A stretch of 64,000 bases of DNA from Chrysomallon squamiferum (lineage: Eukaryota > Animalia > Mollusca), in assembly GCA_012295275.1 (NCBI GenBank), contig CM022679.1:9300001-9364000 (forward strand), in the 5' to 3' direction. The translations under genes and the position numbers were made by a program. Below the pieces are notes generated by a model. It saw nothing but the letters and a program-made list of their open reading frames with translations, did not search any database and had not been told where the DNA came from. Shown one piece after another: positions 11,228 through 22,212 of the stretch. Positions within the stretch are counted from its first letter, which is position 1; each line of letters begins with the position of its first letter.

Positions 11228-13464
11228 ATGGCTTCTCAAAATGGTCAGGATTCGATACCGGAATCCTGGGAAGAAAGTGGGCTCGGATCAACTGGTAGTG
11301 GAGACGCAGTTTCTCAATTATCTAAACCATTTTCATCGCTAAATGTGGAGGCACCTGCATTTGTTCCAGGTCAAAATGTGTTTGCCCCAGTGTTCGTGCC
11401 TTCCACGCCGCAGCATGAGAACGATGACACAACAGGTGCTCACACTTAGAGTGTATTTAAGTCATTGTGAATTGTCTGAATACATTATTTTATTAGCTGT
11501 AGACAGTTTTTATATCGGTATATTATTAGTGGCTGTTTTTTTAACCATCAGTTTTTGAGACACGACGTCACAGTGGCATGGAATAAATGTTCAGTCCATC
11601 TAAGTTCAAGTTAGACAGGAAATGGCCACAGCTGGTTTTGTTTCAATTTTTATGTCGATTTATAATACAACTTATTTATTTGCTACTTAATTTAATTTTT
11701 ATGTTATGTATATTTCCTGTTGTGTAACAATAATTTCTATTTTATTTCATTTATTTATTGTAGGTTTTTTTTTTTTTTTTTTTTTTTTTTTATTATTACT
11801 CACTCGAGTTAACGCATTATTCACTTTATTGCTCACTCCTAACAGATTTTATAATATGATTAGTACAGTATTTTGTTTTTGTCTAAAGTCACTTAAAATC
11901 TGGTTTATTATTTATATTGTATTTCACACATACATTAAGTAAAGTTTTAAGATAAACAACACCCATATAAAAACAAGTTTTTCTCTTTATATTATTATTA
12001 TTATTCCTCTTTAGTTTGGGTAATATTAAAGTTTAAGTCTGTTTTGTCTGCAGACATTTTGCTTGGAATTATTGTTTTACAGCTGTTACACTTTCAGAAA
12101 TAGAGAATATATAATTTTTATTTGCCAGAACAATATGTTTTTCCTTCTCACATTTTTTTGTTTTCTTGCCAGCATGTGATTCATTTGCAGATGTTCATCC
12201 AAAATGTTACCCCATTTTTAAAAATCTTAACACTATATTAAACAGAAGAAATAACACTATAAATTTATGAAATTTTTTTTTTTTTTTTTTTTTTTAATTG
12301 ATAATAATGTAATGGTTGATGAATAGAAAAACCGATTAAATATCCATGGACTCTTACCTTGTCACTCACAACAAAATAATGCCAATTCAAAATACAAATG
12401 CTGCCATTTTTTTCTTCCTTCACAGGTGGATTTTTTCATTAAACAGATATTAATTTTATTCATTCATGTTTTTAACAAATTTATTTATATCATTTCAGAA
12501 ATTCCTAATAAACCTACTGTGCCAGATGAAACTCCGCCTGGGGGTTCAGCATTACAAGAAGCAATGGATACAGGTTGAAAATAAATATATTTTTGAAATA
12601 AAGGCCATATTTGTTACTCTTTAAATTATTTCACTAATAATGAATATTACACTTGTAAATCTTGTTCATTTAAAAAAAATTGGGATTGAATATGAAAAAA
12701 AAAAAATATGTTTCTGAAAAGCGAGAAAACAAAATGTAACATCTACAGTTTTTATATTTTTATTTTCATTTCAGATAATACGGAGGACAAAGAGCAAGAA
12801 ACATCAGAAACAATTGGTAAGATACTAAGAATACTGTTTAAAACAGGACTGTAAATTAGTAAATTGTTTCTAGTATTACTTTCAGTATTTTCAACATTGA
12901 ATGTATCTGTAAAAGGAAGGGAAAAGAAACAACACTTTTATTCTGTTAGATCATAAACTAGTAACACAGTGAATCACATCATCAGTTAACCTTGGTATTT
13001 TGCTTTCTGTAAATTAAAAATGCTTATGAATAATCCCTTTCTGCTACATGGAATAGATAACCCTTAGTAATTAAAACAATATGTATTTTTATCTCGTACA
13101 TATTAGCTAATAAAACCATTTATTTCATGTGTTGAGTGAAAACAGAACAGTAAACTAAGTGTGGGTGTAATTTTAAAAAAAATGTTTGCAGCTGATGACT
13201 GGGACGGGAATAATGCCAACAATGCTGAAGAAGATATTGAAGATGAGGAAGAGGAAGATGACGAAACAGAAGCAGAAGCAGCTGTTGCAGTTGAATCTGC
13301 TGTGAAAATAAAAAAGAAGGTTCCAGAGGAAGAGCCATTAAAAGAGAAAAAAGAACACATCAATGTGGTTTTTATTGGTCATGTTGGTTAGTTGTCAACT
13401 TACATTAAAAACTGTTTAGATATTAAATGTTAAGTTATGGAAAACAAGTTGTGTATGTTTAAGT

Positions 13465-13532
<68 letters not shown>

Positions 13533-16500
13533 GTAGTGAGTGAGAGAATGAAGTAATGGTAGGTTTATAATTGAATTTCTAAAGCACTGATATTTTGTTA
13601 CAAAGTTTTTGTTAGTCTGAATTTATTTGAAGAAATTGTTTCAGCTATTATTAAAGAAATATGAAGATTTTACAATATGTCCTTTAGCTGAATAGGAATG
13701 GTGAGAAAATATTTAAAATTATTAGAAATTAGTGACCCGTGTTTACCCTTTTTAAGAGTAACCCACACAAAAAGTATGGCTCCTTCAGTTAACACATAGG
13801 TAATACTGACGGTGGTATATTAGAAAACTGTGGGAAGAATGACATACAGTAAAAATGTCAATGAATACATGAGAGCAAATTCATTAACATTGGCAATCCA
13901 TTTATGTATTAACAAACAGCTGAATTTCTGGCAGAATTGTGGATCATAATACTATTTTCTCTTGATAGTCAATATAAAATATTTGTCTTGTATGCATTGT
14001 TTTCATTTCATTTGAACATGATACATTTTTTTATTTTTTATTATTAGATGCAGGAAAGTCAACAATTGGTGGTCATCTTTTGTAAGTTTTATTTTATCTT
14101 TTCAGTTTTTCTTCTGTTAAATTGTATTTTTTATAAATGAATATATTGTTGAATGATTTGTAACTTGTTTTTTTTTAAAAAAAAACCTTTTTCAAACAAA
14201 ATTTTCTTTTTGGTTTTTAATACTTAATTTGATTTGTAGGTATCTGACTGGCATGGTTGACAAAAGAACTCTAGAAAAATATGAGAGAGAAGCCAAAGAA
14301 AAAAACAGGGAGACATGGTAAGTGTTGCAAATTAAGAAATGAAATTGTAAATAGTTACATTTATTAACACTCCAGCAGAATCCATGTACAAGTAATATGG
14401 GTGTCTTAAAAATCCAAACATGTTTCTTTAATTAATGTATGAGAAATAAATAACTTGTTAATCAAGCCTTCTGTTCTGTTTAAAATGATTTATTTCGGCT
14501 TAGAAATCAGTACATATGATTGATAATGATTTTAAACAAATTTTGTAAATACCGTAAATATATTTTTTTTAAAGTTTTAAGATGTATTTTGTTCATTGTA
14601 CAAGTTTTGTGCATAGTGTGTGTGTTTTTTTTGTTATATATATTTTTTTTTTTACAGGTATTTGTCATGGGCTCTTGATACAAATCTTGAGGAAAGAGAA
14701 AAAGGAAAGACTGTTGAAGTTGGAAGAGCATTCTTTGAAACAGAAAAGAAACATTTCACAGTCCTTGATGCACCAGGTCACAAGAGTTTTGTACCAAATA
14801 TGATTGGAGGTGCTTCACAAGCTGACTTAGCAATTTTAGTGAGTCAAAACTAGTTCTAATTTTTTAATTTTTGTTTTTGTTTTTAAATTATAAAAATTAT
14901 CTCTGGTGTGATGATCCTTCACAACAGACAAATTGGAACTAAAATTATTTTCATCCCAGTTGTATCAGAATACTTGCATTGTTATTTATGGAGTTTTAAA
15001 AAAAAATTATTTTACCTGTTTTTGATCCTAATTCTGATTTGGAACACACTGCATATGTAAACAAAATAATTCACATCTATGAATGATTATCATTAAAAAG
15101 AAAAATCCAACCTTAAATTGAATCATGGGAATTGATCCTACTCCAAGATTCATTTATTTTACAAGAAAGTTCATGAGAATGTGTATAAATTTTGAAAAAT
15201 AAATAAATAAGAAAAAGGAAAAAAAGGATGTAATCAGAAATGAAGGCTAATGTTATCTTTGCTTCCAAGGTAGATTATCATAAAACAGTTCAGATAATGG
15301 ATAAATATAGCTTCTTAAGACACACTGGAATTTTTTTGTCTTATTAATATCAGAAATGCATGAAGAGTAATAATTTAAAAAAAATTCTTTAGGTAATTTC
15401 TGCCAGAAAAGGTGAATTTGAAACAGGCTTTGAAAGAGGTGGTCAAACGAGAGAACATGCCATGTTGGTGAAAACTGCTGGAGTCAAACATTTAATAGTC
15501 CTTGTAAATAAAATGGATGATCCAACAGTCGAATGGTCAGAAGAAAGGTACAGATTATGTTTACACAGATAAAAATGTGTATTTTTAAAATGCATTTATA
15601 AAACTATCTATATACATCAACAGTAATGACATTTCATGTCTGCTTTATTATCAATGATCAAGGTACATGGCATTAGAAATGTTTGCTAGAAATGTCTAAC
15701 ATTAATTACAATATTTAAAGTTCTAGATCTTTTCAAAAGTTCTGTCATAATCAGTGTACATATTACTGTTATTTTCAGTGACAGTTATGATAACTATCTA
15801 GATTTTTAATTTGTATATTTTTCAGGTACACAGAATGTAAGGATAAGTTAATTCCCTATTTAAAAAATTGTGGATTTAGACCAAAAACTGATGTATTTTT
15901 CATGCCTTGCTCGGGTTTGACAGGAGCATTCTTAAGAGAAGTTCCAGAAGAGAGTTTATGTCCCTGGTACAGGTGAGTTTGTTTTCAAGAAGCTTGAAGT
16001 ACATTTCTTTAAATAAATCCTTTATTCTATCGTCTCTTTTTTGTTTTTTTTTCTTTCTTCATGAATTTCCTAAACATAAGGACACAAATTTGTCACCAAT
16101 TTGCATGTCAGTCAGGTTCAAAACTTTATCGTGAGATAATTCACAGTTAACCATTTTTAATTGTGCTGTTCTTATATAGGGAAACCAGATGCACTGTATC
16201 TCCCAATGGGATATTTAGTAACAGCTGTGGTTACCATTGTTGTTGACAGAAAACATCGTCCATTACAGTTAATCAGAAAGGCTTTTTATCATTATCTACA
16301 GTAATTTCAGTTTTCTTTGTCATTTCATAGTATGAATAAATTAACTGATGCCTGACATATCACATGGTATTAAATGTTTAATATTTGCACTTGAATAATT
16401 TGTCTGTTATAAATTTCAGAGGACCATCATTAATAGAATACTTGGATTCATTGCCTTCAATGGACAGGTCAATAGATGCACCAATTCGAATGCCAATTGT

Positions 16501-19500
16501 TGACAGATACAAGGTGGGCATTTTTTCTAAAAACAATATTCTAAACCATAGGCATAAATACTTGTATTGTTTAATGAAATGTATTGGAAAAAGTTCCAGG
16601 ATCTATGTCTTTATGATAAAATAATTTATGAATGTAGAGGAAATCCTTTGCATTTCTCGAAAACAAGTTGTCCACCACATAATATGTATCTGAAGAGTCT
16701 TCACAGTATTCATACAGATTACGTGACTATAATTTGAGAAACAAAATACTGTAATTTGTCAGCATATAGTGCATTATGATATGGGAATGTCTGTTTTGTT
16801 TCTTTAGATTTTTTTTTTTTTTTTTTTAGTTCATTCTTTAACTCTTGTACTGTTACTGGGTTAATGATTGGTATTTTCTTTTACTTAGAATAATCTAATC
16901 TCATAATTTTCTTTATTTCAGGATATGGGTACCATTATTCTTGGCAAAGTTGAATCAGGGATCATCTATAAAAATCAGACGCTTCAAATGATGCCAAATA
17001 AGGTATGATAATTCATGGTCTTTATAGGAATATTTCAATCTTATTTTGTTAATTACACAGATCCTATATAAAAACTGGATGCTTCAAATGATGCCAGATA
17101 AGGATCATTATAAATTATGTGTATAAGAATATTTCAACATGTTGAAGTGGGGGTCACATATAAAAACCAAATACATCAAATGATAACAAATAAGATTTGA
17201 TAATTAGATAGGTTGAGCATTCTTCCTGTAAGACTATTTCAGTTTCCTAAATACTTTTTTTCACATTTAATACACTGAATTTAATTATTTAATAGTTTTG
17301 TTTTCATACTGAAAAAAGTTTGTCAAAAATGCTAAATCATGTGGGATGTGATTATATTAGATAAATAGGAATAGACTTGCATTAATTAGTTAAAACAGAT
17401 ATTTATAGATAAAATCTAATACTTCTGTCATAGCAGTTGTGGAACAACCGTCACATTTAATTTGACTGTAATCTGGTTCATGCTATTTTTCAAATGATAA
17501 ATTTAGAAGTTTTAGAAATTTAATATTCACATGGTTAGAATGTTTACTACTTTAGGTTAGTGTGAAAGTAATGCAGATCTGGTCAGATGACAATGATGTT
17601 GATGAGGCAACTCCAGGTGAAAACATCAAAATGAAACTTACAGGAGTGGAAGAGGAGGTAGATACACTGGTTACATCAATCATATTCTTTATATTACATA
17701 CATAATGCTTGAGTTTGTTACAGATAGAATTTCACAGATATGCTTCGTGATATGTTACCTCAGGAAATTTAGTTCACTTACAAAATGGAAAATGGATGAG
17801 ATACATTTTTAAAAATGTGCATTTAATTTAGATTAAATTGTATGATACCATAATTATTTCTCTGATGTTAAACAATTTAACAGGAATACAAATATACATT
17901 GTTTTATATAGTCATTTTACTTTTTTTAATAATTTTTATTTATCTATTTATTTATTTTATTTCTAGGATGTCACAGCAGGATTTGTATTGTGTCCTCTGG
18001 ATAACCTTTGTCATACAGGCCACGTATTTGATGCTCAGGTAAATATTTACTCATAAACAGGTGTTTATAAAATTAGATTCATGTAATACTCTTTTTAAAA
18101 ACTCTGAAATTCATATTTTATAATGATCTGTTGTACATATATACTGACACAAGTAACGTATGCCAACTAATGCTGCTCGTTTTTCAGGGAACATTACTAA
18201 AATAAAACAAATCATTATGTTCTTGTTTCTGTTTCAGATAGTAATATTAGAATTGAAATCAATCATCTGTGCTGGTTATAGCTGTGTTTTACATATCCAT
18301 GCGTGTGCTGAGGAAGTCACAATAAAGGTTAGAATTTCCAAACAAGGTGAATTTAAAGAATTAAATTTCAAGTGTTACAGCTGAAAATTTCAAAATGCCT
18401 TTAAATATCTTAAATTTTAATAAACCATTCAATAATGAAAATAAAGAAAATAGTAAATGCATTGCTTCACTAAGTAATTAACTCCTAAAAAAAAATGTTG
18501 CAACAAATACTAAAATATAATTGGACAGTTGATACAGAAATATATTATCATAATGAAACGTGAATACCCCAAAATAGAAATTCCATTTTGATAATTTCAT
18601 TCAAAAGTACAGTTGATAAAAAAAATACTGACAATTTGGTTTTTCTCTTTTCAGACATTGTTGTGTTTGTTAGACAAGAAAAGTGGCGAAAAGACTAAAA
18701 ACAAACCTAGATTCATTAAGCAGGATCAAGTCGGCATAGCACGGTTTCAGGTTAATGCCGGCATGATTTGTTTAGAGACCTTCAAAGACTTTCCACAAAT
18801 GGGACGATTCACATTGCGAGACGAAGGTGTGTATTACATATCGACTGATACTGTTAGATAGGCTTTGGTATGCAAGGACAAATGCATGTGTTTAGTGTTT
18901 AAAAAAAAAAAATAATAATAATAATAATTTTAACAATATATTTAAAAATATCTTAGTACAATCAACAGGACTTGTAGCTGTATTGTTTACCTGAGAGATG
19001 TCAGCACATATTTGGTTTATGTGATTTTGATAGTCATAATAATGCAATATGAAGTAAACCCACTTTCCACAGTTAACTGTAAAAAAATTTTTACATATAT
19101 ATATTTTGGATATATCAACTTATGACAAGAAAAGGGTTGGGTTTTTTTCTTGTTCTGTTTTGTTTTTATTATATTTTTTGTTAGTTCTCTGCTATTGTGC
19201 AATTAATAGTTTTCGTATAAGAAAATCTTTCCTGGATTTGGTATTAACAAGTTTACTGATAATTTCGGAAAGAAAAAGATACTGTAGCTATGAGTGCCAA
19301 AATATTTAAATAAATTTTCTTTATCTGCCAGTGATGATTGTTATCCAGGTCATAGATAAAATGGTTGACAAAATAGCTGAGACTGAGGCAGATTTTGCTT
19401 GTGAAAATATTTAATATTGATTTGACTGGCAGTTTTTATCAGCAGTTAATGAAATTAGTGTTTAAGGATAATTTTTAGTTTGTCCAAATAAAATGCTGTG

Positions 19501-22212
19501 TTTGGTTGATTCAGTTTTAATTTTATAAAACTTAATTTCATCTAAAAAAATTAGTGATCTTAGTTTGATAGATTTGTGCCATTTAAAAATTTATTAAATA
19601 TAAAATGGTCAAATAAAATGATTATTGAATACTGATAGGGTAATTCAAACCAATGCATTCTGGATTGTGTATCATGATACATCATCATGTTGAGGATACT
19701 TTCTCCAAAAAGCTGACAAATCTGAAACTTTTTCCAAGCAGCAAAAATAGTTATGATGTTAGTATTCAGATTTTTTTGCATACATGAACTTCATTTAATA
19801 GAATTAAAAAAATATGAAATATTTGAAACATCATATTCTCAGGCTATCTCCTTATATTACAAAATCCGAAACACTTTCTGTCCCAAGCATTTTGGATAAT
19901 GGATTCTCAGCTGGTAATTTTTTCTCATAAAAATATTAATACTGGGAAGGTTATCTGTGTCTTATTTAAATTATTTTAACTAATCTGACAAAAATAACAA
20001 AATTAATTTTATCAGTTATCCTATAACCTTTTTTTTTTCATTGGTTCTGCCAATGATGATGGTTATTCATGTCAGACATACAGTGTTGAAAAAGCACGTC
20101 AGACTGAGGCAGATTCTAATAAATCTATTTATATTAATTTTTAAAATGCTATTGTACTGTTCAGACTGCTTGTATGTAATTTGTCGTGTTTTTGATAACA
20201 TTTTAGTGTGCTGTTCTATCATTTTCTGTTTGTGTGGTAGATGTAATACTAGAAATGTTTATTGAATATTCTTATTAATACTGTGAATTAACATTTATAA
20301 GGGCAGACATTTGTTTTTCTGTTTTTCTTAATGTGACACTTGGTGAAATGTAAAAAATATTCAGATAGTGTTGAAAAAGCACATCAGACTAATCTAATTA
20401 ATCTTTAAATATAATGTTATTTCTAACTGCAACAGACTGCATGTTTGATACCTTTCACTGTGTTACACTAACATTGTCTGTCTGTCTGTGTAGTGGATGT
20501 ATTACTGGCATTATGTACTGAATGTTCTTAATAATATTGTGAATTAACAAAACAGATGCGTTGAGGCAGATATTTTACTAATTTTTTCTTAATGTCACTT
20601 TGTACAGTTAAATGTACAAATATTTTAATTCAGCTATGTAGAAAGATCAGTTAATAATACAGGATATTTTTTTTTTTTTTATCTGATTGTAACTGGTTTA
20701 ATTGGTTCCGTGTGGCTGTTAATAGTTGTTGTAGGGAAGTGTATTCATTGACAAGGTAAAGAAAAAAAAAATTAGAAACTTAATGGACAACAATTGTGAT
20801 GACATTGTTGGATAGGAAATTAACAGCCTTGTGTATCTTATCTGTTACTTTCTTTCATTTCATTTATTAGAATTTGGTATCAAATTGACTTAAAACCAGA
20901 GCACATAAAATGCATTCTGCCATGACAAATACACATTAACGCTATTCTGTGATGTGTCTGTATATTGAAAATCAATAATATTCTAATCTTTGCATTCCTG
21001 TCAGTGATGATTACAATTTACTATCACCATCTTACTGTGGCATGATGATAAATAAAAACTGAGACATGTTTACATTAGGATGTTTACATAATGATTATTA
21101 AGAATGCATAAATAACTGCCTAATTGCTGTCAAAATGTCACCTCGGACTTTGTTTTGTTAAAGCTGTCTTCTTTTCTAAATCTGCTTTGCAAAATATAAT
21201 GTTTGTGTTGCTGAACAGTTATATTTATATTCTTACTAGTGTTTTCACATTCATGTGATCATTCATAAAGATAAATATCTTAACAGTTTTACTTGCTAAT
21301 GATACAGTATGAAAATGAGTAAACTAATAGAAGGTATGGTGACATACTAAATTGAACCATGGTAGCCTGTGTGCTTCTATTTATTTATTCCATTGCATTT
21401 TTTCCAGATATTAAACATCAGCAAATAAAAATAGTAATTTAAGCTTTGTTTGACAGTTACATTTGAACAGTATAATGTGATATGGCAATGTCTTGAAAAT
21501 AAATCTAACCTTTGCATTTTTGTCGGTGATGAGTATAATTTACTATCACCATCTAACTGTGGCATGATGATAAATTTCAACTGAGACAAGTAGTTAACTT
21601 TATAATTACTGTGACTATAAATAACTGTCTAATTGTTGTTAAAGTGGCATCTCAGTCTGCTTGAGTTTCATAAGCATTTTGTCTTTTCAAAATCTGGTTT
21701 GTTCCTGCTTTGCAATATAAATATATTTGTCAGTGAACTGTCTTGTGTAATATTATTTATGATTTTTCAGATATTTTCAGTCTAATTCATACAGATAAAT
21801 ATTTGTTTTAGATACTTAATTTATGACGTGTCACTGGGGTTTTTTTTATCTGTTGAGTGTAGAATATTGAAATACATCTTCTGTTTTAAAGACTATTGTA
21901 AAATACTTAAATAATGTGTATTTATTGTATTGTATTGTGTTGTCTTGTCTTGTTCTGTCTATGATGATGTTTACTATCACCACCTAACTATGGGATGACG
22001 AAAACATTGAAAACTGAGACAGATTTAGGCTGACAGCATAACACCACAGACACGTACTAATAAAAACGTTTTAATTTCAGATCTTGTTTATTTTTTATAT
22101 ATTCCTTTTTTTCTTTCGTTCGACATGAAAATAAAAATATTCTTTTCTTTTCTAAAATCTCTTTGCAGGTAAAACCATAGCAATCGGAAAGGTGCTGAAG
22201 ATCATTGAGTAA
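11228..22212 (+). CDS. GSPT1: Eukaryotic peptide chain release factor 3 (eRF3), 16 exons, ~589 aa
   Basis: Exons 11228-11435, 12499-12573, 12775-12816, 13192-13386, 14048-14081, 14240-14317, 14658-14838, 15393-15547, 15826-15972, 16420-16513, 16922-17002, 17556-17657, 17967-18038, 18238-18327, 18655-18826, 22169-22212 (total 1770 nt). Contains tandem PAM2 motifs ([21 protein letters not shown]), GTPase motifs [29 protein letters not shown] and NKMD, and the C-terminus [22 protein letters not shown]. Confidence 0.96.
13467..13529. repeat. (CT)n microsatellite
   Basis: Pure TC dinucleotide run. Confidence 0.95.
16949..17205 (+). repeat. Degenerate tandem triplication of the 3' half of GSPT1 exon 11 plus adjacent intron
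   Basis: Exonic TATAAAAATCAGACGCTTCAAATGATGCCAAATAAG recurs as TATAAAAACTGGATGCTTCAAATGATGCCAGATAAG (~17060-17103) and TATAAAAACCAAATACATCAAATGATAACAAATAAG (~17150-17195). The copies have lost the GT donor. Confidence 0.75.
19323..19393 (+). ncRNA. Box C/D snoRNA, family A copy 1 (diverged)
   Basis: Terminal stem ATCTGCC/GGCAGAT, C box GTGATGA (19331), D box CTGA (19383). Homologous to 20046-20113 and sense within a GSPT1 intron. Confidence 0.65.
19686..19914. mobile_element. Non-autonomous Tigger/MER2-like (Tc1/mariner-pogo) MITE
   Basis: Imperfect TIRs CATGTTGAGGATACTTTCTCCAAAAAGCT / AGCATTTTGGATAATGGATTCTCAGCTGG followed by TA. The 3' end AATCCGAAACACTTTCTGTCCCAAGCATTTTGGATAA resembles Tigger/MER2 termini as I recall them. 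Confidence 0.6.
20046..20113 (+). ncRNA. Box C/D snoRNA, family A copy 2; D-guide complementary to 28S rRNA UCUGACGUGC (yeast snR72/Am876-equivalent site)
   Basis: Stem TCTGCC/GGCAGA, C ATGATGA (20053), D' CAGA, C' GTGTTGA, guide GCACGTCAGA immediately before D box CTGA (20104). Confidence 0.8.
20999..21066 (+). ncRNA. Box C/D snoRNA, family B copy 1
   Basis: Stem TGTC/GACA, C GTGATGA (21004), guide TTTACTATCACCA, D' CTTA, C' ATGATGA, D CTGA (21059). Confidence 0.8.
21520..21589 (+). ncRNA. Box C/D snoRNA, family B copy 2
   Basis: Stem TTGTC/GACAA, C GTGATGA (21526), identical guide TTTACTATCACCA, D' CTAA, C' ATGATGA, D CTGA (21581). Confidence 0.8.
21954..22023 (+). ncRNA. Box C/D snoRNA, family B copy 3
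   Basis: Stem TCTGTC/GACAGA, C ATGATGA (21961), identical guide TTTACTATCACCA, D' CTAA, C' ATGACGA, D CTGA (22014). Confidence 0.8.

Noticed and set aside
13781-13917. Possible H/ACA snoRNA in GSPT1 intron 4 (two hairpins and a trailing ACA)
   Set aside because: No clean ANANNA directly after the first hairpin and alternative folds exist; cannot be supported without folding or a covariance search.
14908-15037. GTGATGA...CTGA in GSPT1 intron 7 as a C/D snoRNA
   Set aside because: No terminal stem or recognisable guide; such boxes occur by chance in AT-rich DNA.
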